NCBI RefSeq assembly: GCF_003073045.1
Contig: NC_037595.1
Location: 8,636,345-8,700,344 of the forward strand
Reading direction: 5' to 3'
Length of the DNA: 64,000 nucleotides
Source of the DNA: Pomacea canaliculata
Lineage: Eukaryota
Part shown: positions 38,001 through 46,500 of the stretch, one piece after another
Numbering within the stretch: position 1 is the stretch's first letter
Layout: each line of letters begins with the position of its first letter
Made by a program: the position numbers and the translations under genes
Notes under the pieces: model-generated
Database searches by the model: none
What the model saw: the letters and a program-made list of their open reading frames with translations, nothing else
Told to the model about the DNA's origin: nothing

Positions 38001-40613
38001 TAAGTCTTCTTTTTTTTCTTCTTCTTCTTATTATTTATAAAGTGCCTAACCTAAGGACTGAGGTTTACATATAGAGCCAATCACATAGGAACAATCAAAG
38101 AACACATTAAAAAGACAGGAAAGAGTTAGCAAAAATATCAGTGAAAGAACTGCATTTTAAGTGATATTTATAAAGTGAGATAAGAATGTCTAATATCATG
38201 CAACCATTGAAAAGGAAAAGAATTCCAAAGCTGAGTCCTGTAAACAGAGATTGAGCAATAGCATTGTGAATGGCATTTGAATTGCTTATGTTAAAGTAGC
38301 CTTGTTTACAAGGAGGGGAGAGAGAGCAAAAGAAATGTGGATGGACCATCAAATATTGGGCACATGGTGGCAGATTTTTTTAAGGGGCTGAAGATCATGT
38401 CAGGACAACCAGCAAGGAATAAATTATAGTTACTGAATCTGGAAGTGATGCAGGAAGTAACATAATATAGTTTTTTTCGTATCTATATTATGTAAAACAG
38501 AGCCAATGCTTTTCAACTCATAACAGTAGACAAGGCAAACTTTTGTAATGTGTAGTTTTATTGGTAAGTTAAATTCTATAATGAAACAAGTTCTTTGTAC
38601 AATTAAAAAGTTAAATTTTTCTGCAGCCTACACATAATGGCAGAGGAGTAAGAAAAGAAGTCAGAAGTGTATCAGGGAATGGCTGTTGGTTTGCACATAC
38701 TGAATTGAGAGATGTAATAAGGAAACAAGTAATTGATGAATTTCAGCATGTTTCGCAATTAAACTAGACAGTGGTGAACAAAACTAGGCGGAAAACTGAT
38801 CTCTGCAGAATACAATATCAGAATCTTCAGCTGGGACATAAGTATTGCTGGTGAATGATTTGTTATCTGCTTGCAGCAGGGATCACATTTGTTACTGATC
38901 ATTACTGTTGTCTTCACAGCCTCATTCCAGCACAACTGTCTAAGTAAACTGAAACCTTACTACCTGAGTATAGTTTTTTCTGTCGGCCTGTTTACCTTTC
39001 TCTCTATGTTATGCATTAAAAAGGAGAAATTTGGCAAATACTCATTCTCAGGCCTTACTGTTAGGAATTCTCTGTCCCTGTTTCTGCGTTTGAAGCTTTC
39101 AAATGCAGCCTCAAAATCCATCATCTTAAGAAGTATCTTTCATACTTAAAGTGTAATAACTCTTCTCATTCCTTAGTTCTTCATCTTCATTCATACACTT
39201 TAGTTTGTCTTTCCCATGGCATCATCTGTTTTCTGATACTTGTGTTGCTTCACTGTGGTTGACTCTCAGATCATTTGTGGTCTTTTGTGTACAATGCATT
39301 GAACTACCCCAAGTAAGAAAAATGCACTCTACTAATTATTATTATTCTAAAAAGTAGAGGAGATGGAAAATATTAAAGTCATTAACTGATGTGTCCTAAT
39401 ATCTAATGAACACCAGAAGTATGCACAAGCCTTTTTTCTTATTATTCCATTACCCACTCACTGAAGCATAGGGCTGCAACTTCATCACACCAGCGGATCC
39501 GGTTCTGGGTGTCTGTTTCCAGTTGGATACATGTCATGCCAGCTGCCTCCGTCTTGCTGTGGGCTGATCTCCTCCATATCTGTCTGGGTCTCCCAACCCT
39601 TAGCTGCCCTTGTGGGTTCCAGCCCAGAGCTTGTCTTGTTAAATTGTCAGCCAGCTTTCACAGGGTGTGACCGATCCAGCCCCACTTTTGCTTCTTGATG
39701 TCTTGGCTGGCAGGTTTTTGGTTAGTTCTCTGCCACAGATCTGTGTTGGAGATCTTCTGGGTGCATCTGATTTTGAGGATGTGGCGCAGACATCTGTAGA
39801 CAAATGTCTGAATCTTGTTGGGGATGGTATTTGTCATACACCATATCTCAGATCCATATAGAAGGACTGACTTTACATTTGTGGTGCGTAGAGATAGTGC
39901 CTTGGAGTTCCAGATAGGTCTCAGGATGTGGAATGCAAGCCAAAAAGATTGAAAAGATGAAAAGTCATTAACTGATGTATCCTTGTATCTATTGAACAAC
40001 AGAAGTATACACCAGCCTTTCCTTGTCCTGTATTTAGAAAATTGTTATCCAGTATTCCAGATACACCCATGATGATAAGAATATGGCTATTTTTAGAGAA
40101 ATTATTATCACCAAGTAACCTATTTCTTTTTCCTAGGATGAAGACATGAGCAAGAAAGGTCCCTCCATTATTGAACTTGTCAGCAAGGAGAGCATTGACA
40201 TTCTGGACTACATGAGCTGGCAGGAAGAGATGATGGACATAAAAGAAGACCAGCTTGTGAGTTTTTAAAGATTATTTTATGTTTGACGTGATAACTCTCA
40301 ATGCATATTTTTCCCCCTTCTTTGCATCAGGTAGGCATGTCATAATTCTTTTCATAGTTTCATATTTTCATTTTCAACCATTGTTTTATTCTTTTTGTTC
40401 CTCCCACCTTACAGTCCTGACTTTTATTATCCCCTAATTTTGCCTAAAAACATGTGAGCAATTAAAGGCAGTTTTCAAAACAAACTGTCACTTTACTTTT
40501 GTGAAAATTCAGTTCATCATGACATGATGTTTTAACTTTGTCTGTTTCTTTTTTAGGTGGAAGAAGAAGATGTGATCACATCAGCGAAATATGAAAGAAG
40601 AGCAGAAGAATGA
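20077..40613 (+). CDS. PARP4: Vault poly(ADP-ribose) polymerase (PARP4) homolog with BRCT, PARP catalytic, VIT and vWA domains. Multi-exon gene span; at least 25 coding exons detected.
   Basis: Plus-strand exons in order. BRCT: [43 protein letters not shown] (20077-20205) and [15 protein letters not shown]...[25 protein letters not shown] (21004-21202); ...[15 protein letters not shown] (21493-21641). Helical regulatory-like exons follow at 22.3-24.07 kb, e.g. [34 protein letters not shown] catalytic: ...[19 protein letters not shown] (27508-27645), [33 protein letters not shown] (28182-28280), [18 protein letters not shown]...[13 protein letters not shown] (29.31-29.50 kb), [20 protein letters not shown] (29.81-29.97 kb). 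VIT: [55 protein letters not shown] (30.79-31.02 kb) and [26 protein letters not shown] (31.42-31.59 kb); [14 protein letters not shown] (32.69-32.83 kb). vWA: [14 protein letters not shown]...FNVVVFGT (33.25-33.44 kb), [10 protein letters not shown]...[13 protein letters not shown]...[10 protein letters not shown] (35.55-35.74 kb), [25 protein letters not shown]...VIYGFVPNC (36.09-36.38 kb). Then [25 protein letters not shown] (37.06-37.15 kb), [25 protein letters not shown] (37.89-37.99 kb) and [31 protein letters not shown] (40.14-40.26 kb). Last exon 40557-40613 reads [18 protein letters not shown] then TGA. Colinear similarity to human PARP4 (recalled from memory) and the BRCT plus PARP plus VIT plus vWA architecture are PARP4-specific. 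Exon borders show GT and AG. Confidence 0.85.
20315..20482. mobile_element. 168 bp element resembling a MITE (miniature inverted-repeat transposable element) with 13 bp perfect terminal inverted repeats and an ATATA flank, in PARP4 intron 1.
   Basis: The left end CAGGGCTTCTGCT (20315-20327) and right end AGCAGAAGCCCTG (20470-20482) are perfect reverse complements. Both are flanked by ATATA (20310-20314 and 20483-20487). The interior has four copies of a G-rich palindromic submotif, (A/T)GGGGTCCC or GGGACCCC. It has no coding capacity. Confidence 0.5.
24287..24648 (-). repeat. 3' LTR of the retroelement (362 bp).
   Basis: Identical to 26745-27106. Contains three copies of a 27 bp tandem repeat, cttttcgcgctcttttg(c/t)atcagc(g/a)ta, at 24503-24584. 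Contains the identical spurious 60-codon ORF listed in the ORF track. Confidence 0.85.
24989..26695 (-). CDS. Gag-like polyprotein of 568 aa: a Ty3/gypsy-type capsid (Retrotrans_gag-like), one CCHC zinc knuckle, a cold-shock domain (Lin28/Y-box-like) and 8-aa tandem repeats (VTVPVVPE-like). No protease, RT or integrase.
   Basis: ORF 24989..26788 (minus). The probable start is MAEDGDSP (ATG complement 26693-26695), 50 nt downstream of the 5' LTR. The gag signature is ...[25 protein letters not shown]. The zinc knuckle [14 protein letters not shown] (C-x2-C-x4-H-x4-C) is at about 25958-25999. The cold-shock domain [48 protein letters not shown] is at about 25643-25786; compare Lin28 GICKWFNVRMGFGFL...DVFVHQSKLHMEGFRSLKEGEAVEFTF. 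Seven or eight 24 bp repeats encoding (P/S)(E/D)(V/M)TVPVV are at 25025-25210. The stop is at 24989-24991. Confidence 0.75.
   Translation of the reverse strand: MAEDGDSPVEALRTYQLFRLQKFAGGPTPNVEEFQREVQWALTMNPMPQNAACVYVLNALEGPARRRVLMQPHDAIDTPKKILDVLVEAYGERKDVVDVIASFYNRRQRHEESVDEYATTLRNLQAKANSLQSGAMLNIHLAAQFVKGLKNCHVRRETSRHLADNESSSFADLLKTAKRVEREEEGNEDREDEIDRLTARVRQLEMETASQPHRIQQNNIPSTRTARPAALVCYWCEREGHREADCQHKQRYLRRQQARQRDGQRFSPITNSFYRRGGGRRGVQAAAINNISDDSDGGGGRRRGFCRWFNVAKGWGFITPDNGDQDVFVHHSVIHKAGFRSLGKGEVVEFEPRLSYKGVQATFVCGIGGVKCRGSDRRPMSKKEFQNKPVVQLQQQQPQRRQSQAELQRDRFHGRSGRSTCNISSRPVNDSAVYTVRPLVDGPALTLNSDNRAAKSSLQLEDIQLPETQNCQDYDSDEETPFWYGTLPPHQARTRLIPKVTVPVVPEVTVPVVPEVTVCAVPDMTVPKLTVPVVSEMTVSVVPDMTVSVIPEGTVPAVFQPRFAVRQA
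26745..27106 (-). repeat. 5' LTR of the retroelement (362 bp), with U3 tandem repeats, TATA box and ATTAAA.
   Basis: See the 3' LTR. The offset between copies is a constant 2458 bp at start, middle and end, indicating no indels. Identical LTRs imply a very recent insertion. Confidence 0.85.
27508..28280 (+). CDS. PARP4: Two PARP4 catalytic-core exons (27508-27645 and 28182-28280) carrying the nicotinamide-pocket H-S and Y residues.
   Basis: Exon 27508-27645 reads [45 protein letters not shown] with R split across the junction (ttttcag acceptor, AG|gtttgt donor). Exon 28182-28280 reads (R)[33 protein letters not shown] followed by gtaggt. Compare human PARP4 [45 protein letters not shown]. 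The conserved Glu in DDEYVVY (29.8 kb) suggests a catalytically competent ADP-ribosyltransferase. Confidence 0.75.
33690..34840 (+). mobile_element. Degraded 3' portion of an RTE/CR1-like non-LTR retrotransposon (reverse transcriptase C-terminal half), frameshifted, in a PARP4 intron.
   Basis: Plus-strand frames give the RT motifs [96 protein letters not shown] (the FADD box), [67 protein letters not shown] and [12 protein letters not shown]. These span at least three frames with stops, so the copy is a pseudogene. Confidence 0.7.
39430..40000 (-). mobile_element. Second, inverted fragment of the same RTE/CR1-like family (RT C-terminus), in a downstream PARP4 intron.
   Basis: Minus-strand ORF 39658..39999 reads [67 protein letters not shown]. 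Further minus-strand sequence reads [30 protein letters not shown]. The DNA is nearly identical, as a reverse complement, to 34430-34620. Confidence 0.7.
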
Positions 40614-42399
40614 AACGCAAGAAGATATCTGTGGATTCACCTCAACTTCTCCATCAAAGTTACAAGAGTAAAGGTCACAGGAGTTTGTCAGAATCCTCCT
40701 AAAACTGACAGCAATGTCGTTATTTTGTTTTAAATACTACACTTTTCTTTATGTAATGGGATGATCTTTATCTAAACAAGTTAAATATTGTTACCTATTT
40801 GTTGTACAAAATTTCTTGGACTTAATAAGTAGTAATCACAGAATAGATCATATGTTAGTTTTGATAGCTGCTTATTCGTTAAGGAGTAAACTAGATAATG
40901 ATAACTGAATGCAGTGATAAGTCATTTCATTCTTATTTGTGCTGAGTTCCTTAGTGTACCACAGTTATGAGTCTGTGTGTGCTCTTTCTAAGAAATAATT
41001 AACTGCTGTTGTAAATAATAATGGCATGTTTATCTACATAATTGTATTATTGTAGTAGTAGCACCTTTGTCAAAGTGAAAAATATTCTAAAGTTGTTATT
41101 TGTTAATGTGAGCTTGCAAAAGAGAAAGGTAAGCAGTATCATAGCTTGTCTTTTTTTGCTTCCAGTTTGGTACTAATGGAGAGGGAATAAAGAACAATGA
41201 GAAGACATAATTTAAAATGAAGAAATAGAGGATTCTCTATAAAAGTGGTCAAAATTTCTTCCTGAATTTAGACACAAAAATAGATGTTTTAATTGCTGGT
41301 ATCAGTAGAGTGATGTGATCTTAAAAGCTAAAAGTAAGGTGTGAAGTAATTTACATGAATTGTGAATGTTTCAGAGATGGTTTGCTCGGATGAAGATGCA
41401 GAAAGGTCTTTTGATGAATTGTTAAGTTATGAATGTGCAGGTTTGTTGGATGCATAGGACATAAATCTTAATACCAAAATTGTTGCAAGATAACCTTTGA
41501 AATACACTCGCACAAAACAACTTGCACCACAAAAGAAAGTTGACAAGGGATGACAAGCATACAGCAGACATTAAGGGATCAGTTGTACACTACAACATAA
41601 TACAACTTAGCTCACTTTAAGTATCAGAATGTATGCTTAATTTACACTTTGGTCAGATGATAGAAGAAATGGCCAAAGAGGCTTTGAATGAAGATTGGGT
41701 GCTTGTTCAGATGTATCACACATTGAAGCATTCATCCGAAGATAACTTTTTTTTAAAAAGCAAGAATACCTTCTTAAGATCAACACCTTGCCTCTTCTCA
41801 GAAAAATAATTTACTTACTAACCCTAGCAGGAGTATATTCCAAAATTAATTTCCAACTCTAGAAAGTCTGCTCAAGCACATTATTCAGTAGTAGCAGGAA
41901 TTCAGGTTTTTTCCCTCTGGAGGAACTTAAAGCTGGACATTGTACAGGTCATTGCAATATTCGGTTCATTGATTGACAATGCTTTTTGTGAGGAGGTGGC
42001 TATTGCTGTCTTTGCTGACCGAAGTTTATATTAATCTGTCTTGGTGAACTGTTCAGTACCTGTAGGCCGTTTTGTTGTCACCTCATCACATCTTTTTAAT
42101 CTATTTTATGGCATTGCTCCTCTGTCTAGTTCTCTCTAGATGCCTTCATTCCCTTTCTGATGTCACTGTTAATGCTTTGTACTGGGAAGCTGCCTCAGGC
42201 CCACTTTTCCTTTCTTTCTTCCTTCAAGGTCTTGCTATGGTCATTTGTTCATCCCTTGACAGTTAACGAATGCTTATGCTGGTCCACCGGTGCTGGTCAT
42301 CTGGGAGAACGGGTGGATAGATGCAGTTGCTGGCAAGTCTTGCCACTGAGGTCAGTCGTGAGCGGTGATGAGCAGGTCTGCATAGATTGACCACTCCTT

Positions 42400-43500
42400 C
42401 ATGATCGCCACTTTTTCCTCTGTCAGCGTTGGCACACCTACGTACAATGAAGAGTGATCTCAGAATGTCGTGCTGGGTAACACGGCCGAACCAGACTAGC
42501 TAGCACTGCTTGACTGTTGCGAGAACTGGGTCCTGGTGTCCCACAAGGGTAGGAAAATAAAGTCACCGGTTTTCTGTTCCATGTAGAAAATTCATCATCA
42601 GGCACTTGTTCACCTATACCTGGATTCTTCCCTCACTATCGGCAAACAGAGTCTGTGTCTCACATCCTTACAGTAGGATGGCAACTTCGAAGGTTAGGTT
42701 TTTATATAGGTTTTCCTTTGTAGAAAATCTGATGGCGTTGTTGCACCAGATCCTGTCCTGCCCGGCCGTTGCCATTGTTGGTTATGATCCTGATGCAGAC
42801 CTCTGAAGTGCAGAAACCATCTTTAAAAAGAATGTACTGGAGCTGAACTCCGATCATGTAGATCTCTGCATCTTTGTTGCTGTTGGTGTTAATCATGACT
42901 TCACTCCTATCTGTGCTGGTCTCTCTTCCACGTTGCGTTAGCATTGTCTGTCAGTCTCTTGGTAAGGTCTTGCAGTTCGCTGTTGGTTCCTCCATGAGAT
43001 CGATGTCGTCTGCAAAATGTAGGTTGCATAGAGCCTGCCACTGATGGAAATTTAGGCGTGATGGTCGTGAAGGATTTTCTTCTCCAAGAAGATGTTGAAC
43101 AGGACAGGCAACAGGGAAGTAGCCTTGGCAGACACCCACTGGTTGTCTGAAAGAAGTCTTCTAGTTAATTGCTGAATAGAAACGCTTTCAGTGAGCTCTT
43201 ATAAATCGCTTTCATGACTCGAACGATGGTAAATTTGGCAACACATGGCACAGCATCTTGAGTCAGACTGTATGAAATACCTCTTTAAAATTAATGATGA
43301 AAGTTTCGTAAGATATTCCACTGGTATGGTATTTTTTTTTTATCCGAATGTGACAGTTGAAGATCTGTTCAGCTGTGTTCCTTCTTGGATTGAAGCCAGG
43401 CAATTGCTCGGCTAGGTTTGTGTGGCTGAGTGCATACGATTCTGGATTACTTTCAGCATGACTTACGGTTCGGTATATTTGTCACTTTTTTCTTTCTTTG
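42400..43500 (-). mobile_element. Decayed non-LTR retrotransposon reverse-transcriptase fragment (different copy or family); boundaries approximate.
   Basis: Minus-strand ORFs 42951..43139 (…NFHQWQALCNLHFADDIDLMEEPTANCKTL) and 42702..42944 (…TDRSEVMINTNSNKDAEIYMIGVQLQ…) follow the RT FADD-box then KTEVM arrangement of CR1/L2/RTE-like elements. They are interrupted by a stop. Confidence 0.45.
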
Positions 43501-45150
43501 AAAGGTATAGGAAGTAGTGTTTGTGTCCATTCTTTAGGCCAGTATGTGAGTTCTCAGATTCTTTAGCTTAGAGCAGTAAAGACATTTTGTGTTTCTTCCT
43601 ACTCTGGAACGCCATGTGACTTCCTTCCCTTTAGCCTGCGTACAGCTCACAGGTCCTCTTCCCGTCAGACTGGTAGGTCTGCAGGCTCTCTGGTTGTTTG
43701 GAATGATGATGGCGGCTGTCCTCAGCTGGAACTTGTACAGGTCCAAGTACGTCGGCTTAGCAGTTGCTTTCTTTGTGGTTGCCTTGACTAAAGACTTGTG
43801 GTGACCTGTCTTGGTGAGGTCTTCAGTAGCGGGTAGGCCTTCCTGCTGTTACTTTGCGCCATTCCCTCCCTCAGTGGTTCGGTATTGGTCCTCAATACAG
43901 ATCTCCATGGGTATCTTCATCACTATCCTGGCCTCGCAGTTCGCTTCTTCTGCTTTTCTTTTTTTTTTTTAAAAATGCCCGTCTTTGGCTACAAAGATCT
44001 AGGATATCATTCGTGACCCAGGATTGTTTCTTTTTCCTCTGCCTCCCTAAAACCTTTTAGGATGTTAAAAGTAGTACCATTAGGATGCTTTCTGCGAGGG
44101 TGTCTACATTGCAGTCTACTTGTTCCACAACGTTCAGGTCTTGCAGCTTCTCCAAGTCAAAGAGAATTATGGGGTAGGTGACATGGTGTTTCATCTTTAG
44201 CTTTAACGTAGGCTGGTTAACACGAGCATGTCGCTGCCTATATTGCCATTTGGATATGATCTTGTCTGAGCCTTGTCTGGTTTCCTTCCCACTGTACCAG
44301 AACGTGACCTTCGTCTTTTGCTTTCGCTACAGGTCACGGCCGTCTGACCTTTGGCAGCCTTTCATTGTCTCGGCTGTATCGGTCTAGCTCGTGAGTTCTT
44401 TCATCTTGCTTCACGGATGTGCGGACGTCTACGCGCACCAAAGTCCCCTCCCAGCTATATCTGGTGGTTTTGCTCCAGTAGCACACTTTTCGCTGGCCTC
44501 TTCCTGGAGTTCTCTGGGGTGGTGCGTGGTCGTTGTTGATCCAGGCCTCGACCGATTCATTGTTAAATTTTGTTTGCTTTCAATGACCCTGGACCTTTCT
44601 CACATCTAATACACCTAGTGTCGTCCAATGCCTTTTAAACAATGGGTCACTATGGTCGATTTGTAGGTGTGAATAGAATATTCAGCTAAACAGCAGGGAG
44701 AAAATGCTATAAAACTGGAAGAAAATCTGTATACTATGACCAAATAAAGACCGGCTGTCCCTCATGATTTACCCTCTCTCTATCAGTTTATGCGTGAGTG
44801 GGTAGGACGGTGGGATTGTTTGCGCGCGCGCGTCTGTCTCGGGAAAGGTAATGAGGTGAATGGTTTGTGCAGTGAGTTTGTGGAGGTATAGGTTATTAGA
44901 ATGGAAACATGAGCAAGGAAACTATAGACAGTAACAGCTGAAATTCTGATCATTACTGACAACAATAATTGTTCACAGTGATGACCATAGATTAAAGCTT
45001 TTGTACATATCACCATTCTCCATTTTCTTTTAGTCTATAATTTCTGCAGGCTACTTAGTCTTTCAGTGTGTTTTCCATGTGCTCTATGTTAGCCATAACG
45101 ATTAGCGTGTGTTAGCATGTGGCTACAGACCTCGCTAATTCACAAGATTA

Positions 45151-45801
45151 ATGAATGTTACAGATGTTGAGTGGGGTGGCGAAGATGTCAACATTGACAG
45201 ATTCTCGAAGCACTCGTCCGAGTCTTTTTTAGTGCCATGTTTGTCTGGTATGTCAGACTCCGTCTCACAAAGTAATAGTATCAGCAGAAGAAGACTCGCA
45301 GGAGGAAGACCAGGTGGTAGAGGCAGAAAAGCATACCTGGACAGTGAAGATTCTGCAGACCGATTCATGGTAACCCGGAGTTGTGAGTCAGCAGACATGG
45401 ATTCGTTCTTTCGTCGGAGTAGTGCGAAAAGAACTGATGTTCAGGACATGGCGTCAGCACCATACTTTAAAGCATCTGCTGGAGAATCTGAAGAATCTGA
45501 AGCATTAGAGCTTCTTAACAGAGGTAGAGGCCATCCCGTATACTCTCCAAGGTCTCCGACGTATCAAAAGCAGAGTTTTGGGGAAATTTTACAATCAACT
45601 TCATCCGCAGGAGGAATTGTACAAGCTCAGCCAGCAGCCCAAGGACAGAATCTGATGTTTGGAGCCGCACCGTTTTCTGTAAAACCATGTTCCTTTCAAC
45701 AACCCACGGGTAGATCTGAAGAAGAACCAGAGCTGGAAGCAGCACAGAGTGTATTTTTAGGCCCTATACGTTCACGGTCAGACCTGCAGTGGCTTCAGTA
45801 G
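45151..45801 (+). CDS. Intronless ORF part 1 (216 codons): a Ser/Arg-rich and acidic N-terminal region ending in an FG-like motif. It is joined, apparently by a frameshift, to the repeat ORF that follows.
   Basis: An ATG at 45151 follows a CpG-rich stretch (gtttgcgcgcgcgcgtctgtctcggg at about 44.82 kb). The product contains SPRSPTYQKQSFGEI and MFGAAPFSVKPCSFQQ. The frame-1 stop TAG is at 45799-45801, while frame 3 is open from 45720, giving an 80 nt overlap. Confidence 0.4.
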   Translation: MNVTDVEWGGEDVNIDRFSKHSSESFLVPCLSGMSDSVSQSNSISRRRLAGGRPGGRGRKAYLDSEDSADRFMVTRSCESADMDSFFRRSSAKRTDVQDMASAPYFKASAGESEESEALELLNRGRGHPVYSPRSPTYQKQSFGEILQSTSSAGGIVQAQPAAQGQNLMFGAAPFSVKPCSFQQPTGRSEEEPELEAAQSVFLGPIRSRSDLQWLQ

Positions 45802-46500
45802 GTCTCTTTGGTTGCAAGGCTTCAATGCCAGCTTCAATTGAAATGTTAGCTTCAGCGAGATCCCCTTTAGTTGGATTTGGAGGCATGGATTCTTCAAAGG
45901 CAACAGGTTTTGGGACAACATTTGGATTTGGAGGGGACGCACATTCAGGAGTCTTTGGAGCAGCACCTTTCTCACAGACTGCACCGTTAGCAGCACCTTT
46001 AGTACAGGCTATACCGCCAGCAGCATTTTTCTCACAGACTACACCGTCAGCAGCATTTTTCTCACAGACTGCACCGCCAGCAGCACCTTTCCCACAGATT
46101 TCAACGCAAGCAGCATTTTTCTCACAGACTACACCGTTAGCAGCACCTTTAGTACAGGCTACATCGCCAGCAGAATTTTTCTCACAGACTACACCGTCAG
46201 CAGCACCTTTACTACAGGCTACACCGTCAGCAGCACCTTTCCCACAGATTTCAACGCAAGCAGCATTTTTCTCACAGACTGCACCGCCAGCAGCACCTTT
46301 CGCACAGATTAAACCGTCAGCAGCATTTTTATCACGGGCTACAGCGCCAGCAGCACCTTTCTCACAGGCTACACCGCCAGCAGCATTTTTCTCACAGACT
46401 GCACCGTCATCAACACCTTTCCCACAGACTACAGTACAACGCCACTCACATTCAAATGCCAGTGCCGAAGTGCCGGTGTGTGTCCCAATGGGTAAGCAAG
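45720..46500 (+). CDS. ORF part 2 (about 260 codons), encoding FGFGG/VFGAAPF motifs and then about 13 tandem copies of an 11-aa unit (FFSQT[AT]P[PS]AAP / FPQISTQAA / LVQATSPAE).
   Basis: The translation reads GFGGMDSSKATGFGTTFGFGGDAHSGVFGAAPFSQTAPLAAPLVQAIPPAAFFSQTTPSAAFFSQTAPPAAPFPQISTQAAFFSQTTPLAAP.... The underlying DNA is a 33 bp-period tandem repeat (cagcagca(t/c)ttt(t/c)ctcacagactacaccg(t/c)). The frame-3 upstream stop is a TGA at 45717-45719. The track's 'M' at 45789 is a GTG, so the true start is unclear. Confidence 0.4.
45960..46440 (+). repeat. 33 bp-period tandem repeat array of about 14 imperfect copies, forming the coding repeats of the ORF above.
   Basis: Units such as ctcacagactacaccgtcagcagcatttttc and ctcacagactgcaccgccagcagcacctttc recur head-to-tail. 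Confidence 0.7.

Noticed and set aside
43589-44609. A run of five overlapping 60-72 aa plus-strand ORFs in different frames.
   Set aside because: They show no consistent frame, no homology and hydrophobic low-complexity translations. They sit in or next to a decayed retrotransposon region and are probably a chance or degraded-TE artefact.
45135-45398. 87-aa minus-strand ORF opposite the start of the FG-like ORF.
   Set aside because: It is antisense to a longer, more structured ORF and is Leu/Pro/Ser-rich low complexity. It probably reflects the lack of stops in a GC-rich region.
45751-45762. The sequence gtgtatttttag between the two FG-repeat ORF frames, considered as a mini-intron that might join them.
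   Set aside because: It is 12 nt, far too short for a spliceosomal intron, and removing 12 nt would not change the frame. A 1-nt indel, a pseudogene or an assembly error is a better explanation.
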